Positions 20,865 through 30,576 of a stretch of DNA of 64,000 bases are shown here, one piece after another (the stretch's first letter is position 1; the number at the start of each line of letters is the position of its first letter). The stretch is from an uncultured Planctomycetota bacterium (lineage in GTDB: Bacteria > Planctomycetota > Planctomycetia > Isosphaerales > Isosphaeraceae): the NCBI GenBank assembly GCA_963737655.1, contig CAVTTN010000002.1:1600001-1664000 (forward strand). Direction: 5' to 3'. Both the position numbers and the translations under genes were made by a program. The notes below the pieces were generated by a model. The model was not told the DNA's origin. It saw only the letters and a program-made list of their open reading frames with translations, and did no database searches.

Positions 20865-22343
20865 TCAATCCGGACCAATCGGCGCGCCGACCCCCGAATC
20901 TTGAGGATCGACCGCCGGAGGGGCCTTCCGCCGATCCATTCGACGGAACGCCACCAGCCCGCCCAGGAACAACCCGAGCCCCGCCCCCGCCGCCGCCCCT
21001 CCGAAGAAGACGAGCGGCAAGAGCCACTGGAACTGCCTTGCACCCGTCAACGAGGCCGCGGCGGCCATCCCGAGGAGTCCTCCGAGGAAGAACCCGAGAA
21101 ACAGGCCCAGGAACGGCAGTCCGCCGGCCAGTCCGACTTTCTTCTCGACGACCGCCGGCCCCCGGACGAACCTCCGGGCCAGCGAGGCGCCGACCAGGGC
21201 CGAAACCGCCGATCCGCCCAGCGACAGGACCGGCATCATCAGGAGAGACGCCGGCCCCGGCATCCTCTTGTGAGAGATCATCCACGAAGCAAACAGGGCG
21301 AACCCGCCGAAAAACCCGAAGATCCCCCCCGAACACCCGCCGAGCCCCGCCGCCGCGGCCCGAGATCCCTGCTCGGCCAGGGACCCTCCGGGCCGCGGCG
21401 GGACGATCGGCGACGATTCCGGGCGGTCCCGGGCCCTCTCCAGGGCCTCGGCGATCGTCTCCGCCCGCTCGACCAGCGCCGGACGCTCGCCCGCCGGGAC
21501 GATCCGGCTCTTCGTGGGGATCGGGATCGGAACGCCGTTGAGGCTGATCGAGGCCCCCCCGCCGGACCACCCCCGCCACATCGCCAGGTCTCCTCCTCGG
21601 CACCTCGCCGACCAGCCGGGATCGGAAGCCAGGGCGCGGAGGACCTCCACCGGGAACAGGCGGCGGACGAGCCGATCGTCGATGACTTCCAGGCCGCCCG
21701 GCACGTCGATCCGATAGATCCGGACGAACGCCGAGACCGCTTCGGCGTCGTCGGGACCGAGTCCGGAGGGATCGAACGTCAGCCCCTCGACGCCGGCGAG
21801 CCTCTCGACCCGGGTGAGCAACCCCCGACCGCGAAGCTCGAAGTCCGGCAGCCCGATTCCCGGCAGGAGGACGACCGTCCGGCTCGTGAGCCTCTCCGAC
21901 GTGCCCCCCTCGGAGGACTCCGAGACGTGGCGATCGGTCAGGTCAAAGACCTCGACGTCGAGCCCCCGGGCGGTCCCTCTCAGGCGGTTGTCGGCCGAAT
22001 GCCAGTGGGGAAACAGGGAATCCGGGGCCTCGCCGGCATACTGTTCCGCCAGGTCGTCGGCCCCGTCCACGAACTCCAGGCCGGACGCCTCGCCGATCTC
22101 CCCCACCCCTCGGCGGAGGTTCCGGGCCCGGAGCGCCCGCCACCGGCCGATCGTCCAGCCGAGGGCGGCCCCGGCCGCCACGAAGGCGCCGATCCAGCTC
22201 CACGGGGGGCCCAGTCGGGTCAGCCAGCCCACGTCGTTGACGGTGAAGGACCGATCGAGCTTCCACCAGAGGAACCCGGCCCCGACTGCTCCGGCGACCG
22301 CTTGGGCGATCGGGCTGTTCCGACCCGGGAGAGACAGGCTCAT
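20865..22343 (-). CDS. Hypothetical membrane protein
   Basis: 492-aa ORF with N- and C-terminal TM segments flanking a soluble domain (LPDFELR motif). Confidence 0.65.
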   Translation of the reverse strand: MSLSLPGRNSPIAQAVAGAVGAGFLWWKLDRSFTVNDVGWLTRLGPPWSWIGAFVAAGAALGWTIGRWRALRARNLRRGVGEIGEASGLEFVDGADDLAEQYAGEAPDSLFPHWHSADNRLRGTARGLDVEVFDLTDRHVSESSEGGTSERLTSRTVVLLPGIGLPDFELRGRGLLTRVERLAGVEGLTFDPSGLGPDDAEAVSAFVRIYRIDVPGGLEVIDDRLVRRLFPVEVLRALASDPGWSARCRGGDLAMWRGWSGGGASISLNGVPIPIPTKSRIVPAGERPALVERAETIAEALERARDRPESSPIVPPRPGGSLAEQGSRAAAAGLGGCSGGIFGFFGGFALFASWMISHKRMPGPASLLMMPVLSLGGSAVSALVGASLARRFVRGPAVVEKKVGLAGGLPFLGLFLGFFLGGLLGMAAAASLTGARQFQWLLPLVFFGGAAAGAGLGLFLGGLVAFRRMDRRKAPPAVDPQDSGVGAPIGPD

Positions 22344-22469
22344 CGTCCCCTCCGAACACTCGACGATCGCCGCCCGACGGGGAGGGCGAGTTCCAGGGCT
22401 ATTCGTGCCGGAGCCGGCGATCTTCGCTTCTCTCCGGGAAAGAACGGCCGAGGGCGCCCCGACCCCTCC

Positions 22470-22898
22470 CGGCGGGCCGACAAGCCGTGGCGGGACCCGG
22501 TCGCGATCCGGTTCCAGGCGTTCATGACCGCGATGACCAGGGGCAGCTCCGCCAAGTCCTTGTCGGAGAAGAGCGCCCGGACCTCCTCAGACACCGGGTC
22601 GGGGGCGCCCGTCTGGGGGACTCGGCCCGGGCCAGGGCCGCCCTCTCGCGGTCGTCTCGAACGGGGCCTCCCGCCACACGGGCAGGCAATCCAGCCGTTG
22701 CTGAGGCTCGCCGGCCTTCCTCGCCTCCTCCAAATGCATGTCCAGGCAACAGGAGCACCCGTTGATCTAGGAGACCCGAAGCTTGACCCGGGCCCGGAGC
22801 TTCGGCTCGATCGCCGAGGACTCGATGGAGGGCCGGGTGTCCGCCAGGGCCTTCACCGCGTCCGGGGCGACCTGGAAGTACGCGAGCCGCCGAGTCAT
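22470..22898 (-). pseudogene. Carboxymuconolactone decarboxylase/AhpD-like pseudogene
   Basis: MTRRLAYFQVAP...LRVS*INGCSCCLDMH...LPVWREAPF, with an in-frame TAG at 22767-22769 where Q is usual; further frame breaks; C-terminal remnant ALFSDKDLAELPLVIAVMNAWNRI. Confidence 0.75.
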
Positions 22899-22958
22899 GG
22901 GACCCCTCCGATCCGCCGACGATCGATCCGCGAAGCCGAGCCCGCGAGGGGCGAGGGA

Positions 22959-23345
22959 TCAGGCGAGGTCCCGAGCCGCGAAGTAGAACCGCCGGTCCCG
23001 GGCGTCGGCGGCGTCCAGGACGGCCTCGACCCGGCGGAGGACGGCCAGAGCCTTCGCCAGCGCCTCGTTCCGGGCCCGGAATTCGGGCCGGTCGTCGGCC
23101 CTCAACCCCTTGTAGAGGGCGATCAGGCCCCGGACCGCCCCCAGCCCCTCGGCGGCCGGCCGCCACCTCTTCTTCTCGAACGGGGCGTACGTGAATGCGC
23201 TCAGGGGCGTCAGGGCCGCCCGGTCAGCGAGGTCGTCGGAATCCAGCCGGGCGAACTCGAAGGGATCGAAGGCCCGGAGGTGGTCGAGGCCGGGGACCGG
23301 CTCATCGAGCATCACGTAGAGCCGCTCGCAACGGAAGTTCGCCAT
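22959..23345 (-). CDS. Hypothetical protein (128 aa)
   Basis: MANFRCERLYVMLDEPVPG...RRFYFAARDLA, C-terminal part of the ORF track entry, typical codon usage. Confidence 0.6.
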   Translation of the reverse strand: MANFRCERLYVMLDEPVPGLDHLRAFDPFEFARLDSDDLADRAALTPLSAFTYAPFEKKRWRPAAEGLGAVRGLIALYKGLRADDRPEFRARNEALAKALAVLRRVEAVLDAADARDRRFYFAARDLA

Positions 23346-23461
23346 CGGCGGGCCGCCCGCGAGAGAAGGGCCGGACAAAGACGCCCGCGAGGGTATCGCC
23401 GCCCCGGCCCCGACGCAAGGGGGCTGGCGGCGGGCCCGGGGGATCGCCCGCGGGCCGGGGG

Positions 23462-24721
23462 TCAGGCCTCTTCCTTCGGGGCCGGGCCCCGGGTGACGTC
23501 GCGGCCGGCCACGGCCGGCAGGTCGATCGGCCGGCCTTCCCGGGCCGATCGGTAGATCGCCTCGATCAGGCGGAGGTCTTGCAGGCCCTCCTGCCCCGGG
23601 GTGTGGGGGCGCTCGCCCCGGGCGACCCTCTCGGCCATGTGGTCCATCTCCAGGGCGAACTGGTCGACCTCGCCGAGGCGGACCTCGGTGATCAGGTCGG
23701 CCCGGTCGCGGGCCTTCGCGGTCCTCATCCTCAACCCGCCGTAGGAGAAGGCCGGGTCCAGGTCGATCCAGCCGCGCTCGCCCAGGATGCGGAGCGTCCT
23801 GGATTCGTGGGCCGAATAGAACGACCGGCCCGAGGCCAGGACGCCCGAGGGGAACGTCAGCTCGAAGCTGATCCGGTCCTCGACCTCGCGGAAGCGGGGG
23901 TCGGCCGGGTCGGTCAGGGTCCGGGCCGAGACCTGGGTCGGCTCCTCGCCCGTGATGGAGCGGAAGGCGTTCAGGCAATAGATGCCGACGTCCGGCAGCG
24001 ACCCGCCGCCGGCCAGGGCCTTCTTGTGCCGCCACTGGCCGGCGGGCCCCTGGTTCTGGCCGTTGGACGCCTCGATCAGCCTCACCGGGCCGATCTCGCC
24101 GGAGCGCGCCAGGCGGATGGCCTCGCGGTGGTGGGGCTCGTACTGGCAGCGATAGGCGATCATCAGGTGGCGCTTCGCGGATTCGCACGCGGCGATCATG
24201 GCCTCGCAGTCGGCCGGGGTGGTCGCCATCGGCTTCTCGCAGAGGACGTGCTTGCCCGCCTTCGCCGCGCGGATCGTGAACTCCGGGTGCATGCTGTTGG
24301 GCAGGACGATGTACACGACCTCGACGGCCGGGTCGTCGGCGAGGCGGTCGAAGGTCTTGTAGTCGTGGAGACGATCCGGGGCGATCCCGTACTGGGCGGC
24401 GACCGCCTCGGCCTTCGCCCGGTCCCCGCTGACCATCGCCACGGGACGGGCGAGCTTGCTCCGGCCGAAGGCGGGGAGGATCTGGCCGAGGGCCAGCTCC
24501 CCCAGGCCCACGATGGCGAAGCCCATCCTCTTCTCGGGGGGCACGGGGGCCGGCGGAGGCCCGGCCTGGGCCTCGGTGGTCGCCTTCATCGTCGGGATCG
24601 CGACGGGCGACGGGGGCCGCCCGGGCCCCGGGCCTTGCGGAGGAGGGGTCGCCACGGCGGTCAGCGCCCCGGCCGCCAGGAACTGGCGGCGGGTGGCGCC
24701 TCGGCTCTCTTCGTCGGACAT
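23462..24721 (-). CDS. Tat-exported Gfo/Idh/MocA oxidoreductase (glucose-fructose oxidoreductase-like)
   Basis: TRRQFL; GFAIVGLG; VYIVLPNSMH; HVLCEKPMA; GGGSLPDVGIYCLN. Confidence 0.9.
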   Translation of the reverse strand: MSDEESRGATRRQFLAAGALTAVATPPPQGPGPGRPPSPVAIPTMKATTEAQAGPPPAPVPPEKRMGFAIVGLGELALGQILPAFGRSKLARPVAMVSGDRAKAEAVAAQYGIAPDRLHDYKTFDRLADDPAVEVVYIVLPNSMHPEFTIRAAKAGKHVLCEKPMATTPADCEAMIAACESAKRHLMIAYRCQYEPHHREAIRLARSGEIGPVRLIEASNGQNQGPAGQWRHKKALAGGGSLPDVGIYCLNAFRSITGEEPTQVSARTLTDPADPRFREVEDRISFELTFPSGVLASGRSFYSAHESRTLRILGERGWIDLDPAFSYGGLRMRTAKARDRADLITEVRLGEVDQFALEMDHMAERVARGERPHTPGQEGLQDLRLIEAIYRSAREGRPIDLPAVAGRDVTRGPAPKEEA

Positions 24722-24784
24722 GCCCATCCCTTTCGGTCGAGGGGCCGGGCGGAAGGTGGGGGCTTCGCGGGGACGGGAGGGGCC

Positions 24785-25096
24785 TCAGCCCTTCGCCTCG
24801 CGGTTCTTCTTGCGGGTCGCGGCGGCCTTCTTCGCCGAGGCCGAGCGTTGCTCGGGCGTCCGGGCGGCCGAGGCCGCGCCCCCCGTCTTGCCGCCCTTCT
24901 TGCTGGAGACGTGGGTGTCGGGCACGCCTCGGCCGCCGCCGGACTTGTTCCCTCCGCCGGATTCCTTGTTGACCGTCGCCCACGCCCGCTTCTCGGCCTC
25001 GGACTCGGGGACGCCCCGGGTCTCGTAGCTCTCGGCGATGTGCTCGGCCTTGCGCTTCTGCTTGTCGGTGTACTTCGACTTGTCGCCCCTGGGCAT
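24785..25096 (-). CDS. Small basic stress-type protein (family often labelled 'plasmid stabilization protein')
   Basis: MPRGDKSKYTDKQKRKAEHIAESYE.RG...EAEKRAWATVNK. Confidence 0.8.
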   Translation of the reverse strand: MPRGDKSKYTDKQKRKAEHIAESYETRGVPESEAEKRAWATVNKESGGGNKSGGGRGVPDTHVSSKKGGKTGGAASAARTPEQRSASAKKAAATRKKNREAKG

Positions 25097-25214
25097 GGCA
25101 ACACCCTCTCGCATCTCCAACGGTTCGGGTCCTCAAGGCCGCGATCGACCGCATCAGGCAAATCGGATGCCACGGCCCGTGACCCGCCCAAGACCTCGGC
25201 GGGCTCCGGCCGGT

Positions 25215-26210
25215 TTACGGGGCTTCGTTCGGGCATCCTCCGGGGGCGCAGGGGAGGAGGAAGTCGGTGATGGCTTGCGCGAGGGCCTCGGGGTGGGTGA
25301 AGTGGGGCTGGTGGCCGACCAGGGGCATGAGCACCCCTTTGGCGTGGGGCAGTCCGGCGAGGAGCTCGTCGTAATACTTGCGGGCGACCAGGCGGTCTTC
25401 GTTGCCCTGGAGCAGGAGGATTTCGCCGGTGATTTCGGGCAAGATCGGCCGGAGGTCCAGCCGGCCGAGGATGTCCAGCCTCCGGGCCAGGGGGGCGATG
25501 GGGGTCAGGCCGGTCTGCTGGGCGTAGTAATCCCAGCGGTCGGCCAGGAGGCTCGGGAAGTTGACCTTGTGGTTCAGGGCCAGGATGGTGTCGTGCAACG
25601 GGAGGCCGCCGACCCGCCCGGGGAACAGCCGGCCGAGCCTCAGCGCCATCTTCTCGCTGAAGGCGAACGACCGGCGGGCGAAGGCCCCCTGCAAGACGGC
25701 CTTCGGGAACCGTCGGGGCTCGCGATGGAGCACCTTCAGGACGACCGTCGAGCCGAACGAGGGGCCGTAGAAGAACGCCCGGCCGAGGTTCAGGTGGTCG
25801 ATCAGGCCGAAGACGTCGTCCACGAGGTCGTCGTGAGTGATCTGGCCGAGCCTCGCGCCGTCGTCGGGCTGGTCGCCGGGATAGTCGTAAAGGATCGTCT
25901 GGAACCGGGCTGCCAGGCGGTTCAGCATCAAACAATAGCCGCGATACGTGGAGGCGACGCCGGGGCAGACGATCAGGGGGGGCCCTTCGCCCAGGACGCG
26001 ATAGGTCATCCGGTATCGCGGGCCGTCCCAGACGGAGGACGTCGCCTCGCGATCGTAGAGTTCGACTTCCTTGCGGAAGTCGGCCGGGGCGGGGCAGGGG
26101 GATCTCGGAGGGGATTCGACTTCGCCCTCGGCGACGGCCTCCGCCTCGGCGGCGGCCGTCGCGACTTCGGGCCCTTCGGCCTCGATCGGGGCTTCGTTCG
26201 TCGGGTTCAT
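25215..26210 (-). CDS. Alpha/beta fold hydrolase
   Basis: YRVLGEGPPL, GPSFGS nucleophile elbow, GNEDRLV, GHQPH; start uncertain. Confidence 0.85.
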   Translation of the reverse strand: MNPTNEAPIEAEGPEVATAAAEAEAVAEGEVESPPRSPCPAPADFRKEVELYDREATSSVWDGPRYRMTYRVLGEGPPLIVCPGVASTYRGYCLMLNRLAARFQTILYDYPGDQPDDGARLGQITHDDLVDDVFGLIDHLNLGRAFFYGPSFGSTVVLKVLHREPRRFPKAVLQGAFARRSFAFSEKMALRLGRLFPGRVGGLPLHDTILALNHKVNFPSLLADRWDYYAQQTGLTPIAPLARRLDILGRLDLRPILPEITGEILLLQGNEDRLVARKYYDELLAGLPHAKGVLMPLVGHQPHFTHPEALAQAITDFLLPCAPGGCPNEAP

Positions 26211-26237
26211 GGGAGGTGGATCTCGGTCGGTCGTTGT

Positions 26238-26302
26238 GTCGGGCGGATGCAACCCGCCATCCTTCTACGATCGAATCCGCCCGGCGGGGCGCACCGCCCT
26301 AC
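26238..26302. repeat. Degenerate GTAG REP doublet, family C
   Basis: gtcgggcggatgcaacccgcc ... ggcggggcgcaccgccctac; its TAG is the AmmeMemo-B stop codon. Confidence 0.55.
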
Positions 26303-27558
26303 ACAACTCCGCACGTCGTGCTGTAGGCCATGCTGGCGAAGGTCACGCAGCAGGTGCGCTCGGGGTTGACGGCCTGGTCGTACTTCAGCAGGGTCCCGGA
26401 GGCCGGGCCCATCGCGTGGAGCATGGTATACGTGGCGGCGAGGCCGCAGACCCTCCAGCGGTTCTCGACCTCGGCGGCCGTGCGGAACCAGCCGGCCGGG
26501 TCGGCCGCCGAGGCGCGGTCGAGCATCGCCTGGTCGAACCGGCGGACCTGGGCCAGGGTGGCGTCATCGACCCGGCGGGGGTCGCCGAACTCCGGGCCCA
26601 CGTGCGCCAGGTCAATCCCGCCGATGTACGCGACCTTCTTGCCCGACGCCGCCTCGGCCGCCCTCAGAGCCTCGACGAACCGCCGGACCTCGGGATCGTC
26701 GATCGGCTCGGTGCCGTCGAGGAGGAGGTCGTGGAACGACCCGACGAGGATCGGCACGATCGCCACGTCCGGCCGGTCGGCCAGCAAGTGCTGGAGGAAG
26801 ACGACCTGGAACTCGATCGAATGCTCGGTCCGGTGGGCGAGCTCGTCGTCGAACAGCTCGTCGCCGGCCAGGGCGGCGAGCCGATCGACGAACGGGCGGT
26901 CGGTCCGGGCCAGGCCCAGGGGGGTTTCGAAGTCCTTGCGGGTCAGGGCGAAGCGATTGCGGCAGTATTGATGGGCCACGCCCAGGATCACGAAGATCTC
27001 GGCGTCGGACCGCTCGATCAGCTCGCGATAGGCCCAGGTGTAGACCGGGCCGCCTCGATGGAAGTCGATGTGGGGGCTGAGGATGCCTCGGAGCGGGGCG
27101 TGGCCTTCCGAGGGCCTCCGGCCGCCGATCCGGGGTTCGCCGGCGCCGCGTTCGTGGGCGAAGAGGCCGTCGATCTGGGCCTTCAGGGCGCGGGGCGTCC
27201 CGGCGTAGGAGCGGCCCGCCAGGGCGGCCGGGCGGATGCCGAGCCGGCGGTACTCGTCGCGGAAGGCGCGAAAGGTGGGGCCGTCCAGGACCATCGTGCG
27301 GTCCAGGTGTTCGACCAGGTCTTGCAGCTCCCCCGAGGGGATCAGACGGCCGGTCCTTCTCAGGACGTCGGCCTGGATGTCGGGCAGGGCGGCCGTGCCG
27401 TCGAACCGGCGGACGACCGAGTGGAACCGCTCGGCCGGGATCCTCACCGGAGGGCAGACCAGGCCGAGGGAGTCGTCGAGCTCGACGAACGGCTGGCCCC
27501 GGAGATCGACCCGGCGCGCCTGGATCGGTCGGAGCTTCGGGCGGTCGAGCGTCGCCAT
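26299..27558 (-). CDS. AmmeMemoRadiSam system protein B (MEMO1 family) with N-terminal extension
   Basis: AGRSYAG, PHIDFHRGG, GVAH, TPLG, HRTEHSIEFQ, DLAHVGPEFGD, VCG. Confidence 0.9.
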   Translation of the reverse strand: MATLDRPKLRPIQARRVDLRGQPFVELDDSLGLVCPPVRIPAERFHSVVRRFDGTAALPDIQADVLRRTGRLIPSGELQDLVEHLDRTMVLDGPTFRAFRDEYRRLGIRPAALAGRSYAGTPRALKAQIDGLFAHERGAGEPRIGGRRPSEGHAPLRGILSPHIDFHRGGPVYTWAYRELIERSDAEIFVILGVAHQYCRNRFALTRKDFETPLGLARTDRPFVDRLAALAGDELFDDELAHRTEHSIEFQVVFLQHLLADRPDVAIVPILVGSFHDLLLDGTEPIDDPEVRRFVEALRAAEAASGKKVAYIGGIDLAHVGPEFGDPRRVDDATLAQVRRFDQAMLDRASAADPAGWFRTAAEVENRWRVCGLAATYTMLHAMGPASGTLLKYDQAVNPERTCCVTFASMAYSTTCGVV

Positions 27559-28090
27559 GAATCGCGGCCTCCCCGGCGAGACGAGAGAGGACGCCTTCGG
27601 CGCCGGATCGGTCGGCGATCGGGGCATCCCGGAGGTATTCTCGGGGGGAGCCCGGCCGTCGTCAAGCGGACCGGCGGCCCCCTCGGGGCGGCGAGGCGAT
27701 CAGGGGGAAGGCCGGGGCGGGCGGAGGGGCCTCGTGGGGGGGCTGGGGACGCATGGCCGTGCCTCTCGGTTCCGGGGGAGGGCCTGGATTCGATCCCTTC
27801 GCGGGTCGTGCCCGCGTCTCTCTTCTCTTCTACGACCCGATGCAACCGGCGTTCCGCGATCGGCCCCATGCTCCGGAGTGCCGGGCCCTCGCGGAGTTTA
27901 CGAAAATCGCCGGATCGGTCCGGCCCCCGGTCTTGCCCGGTCGAGGCGCAGCCCCGCCTGGATCGCGGGCTGGCCTAGCCCGATCCGAGGGGGTGTGGTA
28001 AGGTCCGCCGCCGACCCCACGGAGGCCCGGCCCCGTCACGCCTCGTCCGATCGACCGGGACAGGCCCGGCGGGGCCTCGATTCAGGGAGG

Positions 28091-29272
28091 ATGACCCCGA
28101 TGATCGCGCTCGGACGGCGACGCTTCCTCGCGCTTGCCCTTGTCTCGCTGCCGATGGCCCTTCTGGCCGCCTCCCCCGCCCGGGGGCAAGACCCGGCGCC
28201 GGGGGGGATGGCCAAGGGCCGCCCCAAGGCCCCGGCGGCGATCAAGGGGGCCGCCGCGCCGGCTCCCGCCGCCGCCGCGCCCAGGGCCGGCGAGGTCCCT
28301 GCCCGGGCGGCCGTCGATCCGGCCGCCGCCCGGCGGATGGATGCGCTGCTTCGCGATTGGGAGCGCCAGAGCTCCCTGATCCACACCCTGACCGTGGCCT
28401 TCAAACGAGTGGAAATCGACCCCGTCTTCGACCGGAAGCACATCTTCAACGGCCGGGCCATGCTCCAGGAGCCCGACGACACGAAGGACGTCGCCGGCAA
28501 GGTCTATCTCGACTTCTACGAGGTCATCAACGGCAAGCCGTCCCCGGCGGTGGACGAGCGGATCGTGGTCGATGGCGAGAAGGTCTTCCATTTCGAGGGC
28601 AAGACCAAGCAGGTCCACGTCTACCCCCTGTCCCGGAACGCCAAGAGGAGGGCCGAGGACCAGGGCCCCCTGCCGTTCCTCTTCCACATGAACGCCCAGA
28701 AGGCCAAGGAGCGCTATGACATGACGCTCCTGAAGGAAGAGAAGCCCGGGACGTACAAGATCCGGATCATCCCGCTCTTGCAGATCGACCGCGACGAGTT
28801 CACCCAGGCGATCGTGGTCCTGGACAAGGAGAGGCTGATGCCGGAGAGCATCCAGCTGACCTCGCCCAACGGCAAGGAGACCAAGACGTTCCTGTTCCAG
28901 CCGAAAGACGTGAAGGCGAACGAGAAAATCCCGGCGGCGTGGTTCGACGGCGAGAAGCAGACCCGGGACGTGAAGGCCGGCGGCAGCGGCTGGACGGTCG
29001 ATGTGAACCCGTCGCCCGACGAGCAGGCCCGGCCCGCCGGCGCGGAAGCCCGCGCGAAGGCGGCGCCCGGGGCCGTCGGCGCCCGCGACCGCGCCCGGGC
29101 TCCGGCCTCGGCGTCCGGCCGACCCAGGGCCAGCCGGCGATGTCCCCGCCGGCCACCCGGCGGCCGTGAGTGCGTTGGCGGTCCGCGGTCCCGGCTCCTC
29201 GGCCCGCCAGGCCGATGGGGCCGTCGGGGGCCCCGTGCCGAGGAAAGCGGACCGCGCCACCTGGCGGTTTGA
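28091..29272 (+). CDS. Exported LolA-like / TIGR03009-type planctomycete protein
   Basis: RRRFL signal; LLRDWERQS..I.TL...FKR; ERIVVDGEKVFHF; GPLPFLF. True stop may be 29169 if there is an indel near 29125. Confidence 0.7.
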   Translation: MTPMIALGRRRFLALALVSLPMALLAASPARGQDPAPGGMAKGRPKAPAAIKGAAAPAPAAAAPRAGEVPARAAVDPAAARRMDALLRDWERQSSLIHTLTVAFKRVEIDPVFDRKHIFNGRAMLQEPDDTKDVAGKVYLDFYEVINGKPSPAVDERIVVDGEKVFHFEGKTKQVHVYPLSRNAKRRAEDQGPLPFLFHMNAQKAKERYDMTLLKEEKPGTYKIRIIPLLQIDRDEFTQAIVVLDKERLMPESIQLTSPNGKETKTFLFQPKDVKANEKIPAAWFDGEKQTRDVKAGGSGWTVDVNPSPDEQARPAGAEARAKAAPGAVGARDRARAPASASGRPRASRRCPRRPPGGRECVGGPRSRLLGPPGRWGRRGPRAEESGPRHLAV

Positions 29273-29298
29273 CTCTCTCCCCCGGCCGGTCTTATAAT
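29269..29298 (+). promoter_or_regulatory. Near-consensus sigma70 promoter
   Basis: TTGACT-18bp-TATAAT in otherwise GC-rich DNA. Confidence 0.6.
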
Positions 29299-29675
29299 CA
29301 CCGACGGCGGACCCGGCTTCCCCCCGCCGGCAAGCCGCCCGTTTCCCCCGACCGGGCCCGTGAGGCGAGGGGTATTTCCCGGCCTCACACGGTCCGTCGA
29401 TCGGGATTCTCCCAACGGCCTGTTGGTCCTCATCCCTTCGCCGTGGCTTCGTGGGATTGGAGACGACGCCACATCCGACCGAAGCCGACTCCCGGGGTCG
29501 AATCGCCCTTGAATCCGCACCGGCTTGACGATTCCTGGAGACTTCGAAGAACGGCCCGGAGCGGCCCCGCGCCTCGAGCCCTCTCCGGCGCGATCGCCCG
29601 CGTGCTATCATCGGATCGATCGCCCGGCGGTTCGTCCGTCGGGCCCCGGCGTACAGGTGGGGAGGACCAAGAGAC

Positions 29676-30479
29676 GTGGATGCTGTCACCGAGGGGCATT
29701 ACTACCGCAAGCAACTGGGTTGCAAGAGCGGAATCATCGCGTGGAGCCATAGCTCCCGGTTCCGGATCGGCCTGAAGCTGATCGGCAAAGCGCCGAGGAA
29801 TCTGCTGGATTACGGCAGCGGGGACGGGACGTTCCTGGTCATGGCGTCGGACCGGATCGGCGAAGGCTGGGGCGCGGATATCTCGCCCGTTCAGGTCGAG
29901 GACTGTCAGAAGCGGCTGGTTTCGATCCCCAACCTCCACTTCTCCACCATCGACGTGCTGCGGGACGGGACGCACGACGGCAAGTACGACATCGTGACGT
30001 GCATGGAGACCCTGGAGCACTGCACGGCGGCGTCCGTCGAGATCGTCCTTCGGGACCTCGCCCGGTTCGTGTCTCCCGGGGGCCGGGTGATCATCAGCGT
30101 GCCGATCGAGATCGGCCCGACGTTCCTGCTCAAGGCGGTCGTCCGCAAGGCCGCGGCCCGGCGGGGGTTGAGCGACTACAGCCATTACGAGCACTACAAA
30201 TTCCGCGACGCCCTCCGCATGATGACCGCGGGGCGAGCGGAAGTGCTGGAGCGTCCGGTTTACGGCAAGCCGGAGATGAACTTCCACTCCCACTACGGCT
30301 TCAACTGGAAGGCGTTGCGGGAGCGGGTGAAGCAGTCGTTCGCCATCGAGCGCGTGCACTTCTCGCCCCTCGGCTTCCTGGGCGGCTGGGTCAGCAGCCA
30401 GGTGTGGTTCGTCTGCAAGCCGAGGGTCGAATCGGGCGCTCCGGCCTTGCAGGAATCCTCGAGCGTCAAGACGGAATGA
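29676..30479 (+). CDS. Class I SAM-dependent methyltransferase
   Basis: LLDYGSGDG, YDIVTCMETLEH, PGGRVIISVP. Confidence 0.88.
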   Translation: MDAVTEGHYYRKQLGCKSGIIAWSHSSRFRIGLKLIGKAPRNLLDYGSGDGTFLVMASDRIGEGWGADISPVQVEDCQKRLVSIPNLHFSTIDVLRDGTHDGKYDIVTCMETLEHCTAASVEIVLRDLARFVSPGGRVIISVPIEIGPTFLLKAVVRKAAARRGLSDYSHYEHYKFRDALRMMTAGRAEVLERPVYGKPEMNFHSHYGFNWKALRERVKQSFAIERVHFSPLGFLGGWVSSQVWFVCKPRVESGAPALQESSSVKTE

Positions 30480-30576
30480 TCGGGAATCCGGTCGAGGGGG
30501 CGCCGCTCGTGCCCAGAGGGGGCGGGCGACGGCCTTGATGGGGCCTCGCCCCTTCCCGGAGGGAGTCTGACATCTC

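Noticed and set aside
22767..22769. In-frame TAG as a pyrrolysine or readthrough signal
   Set aside because: A simple CAG-to-TAG change in a gene with additional lesions; no pyl genes seen
24785..25096. Plasmid or TA origin suggested by the 'plasmid stabilization' label
   Set aside because: No ParE/RelE features or partner gene; the context is chromosomal
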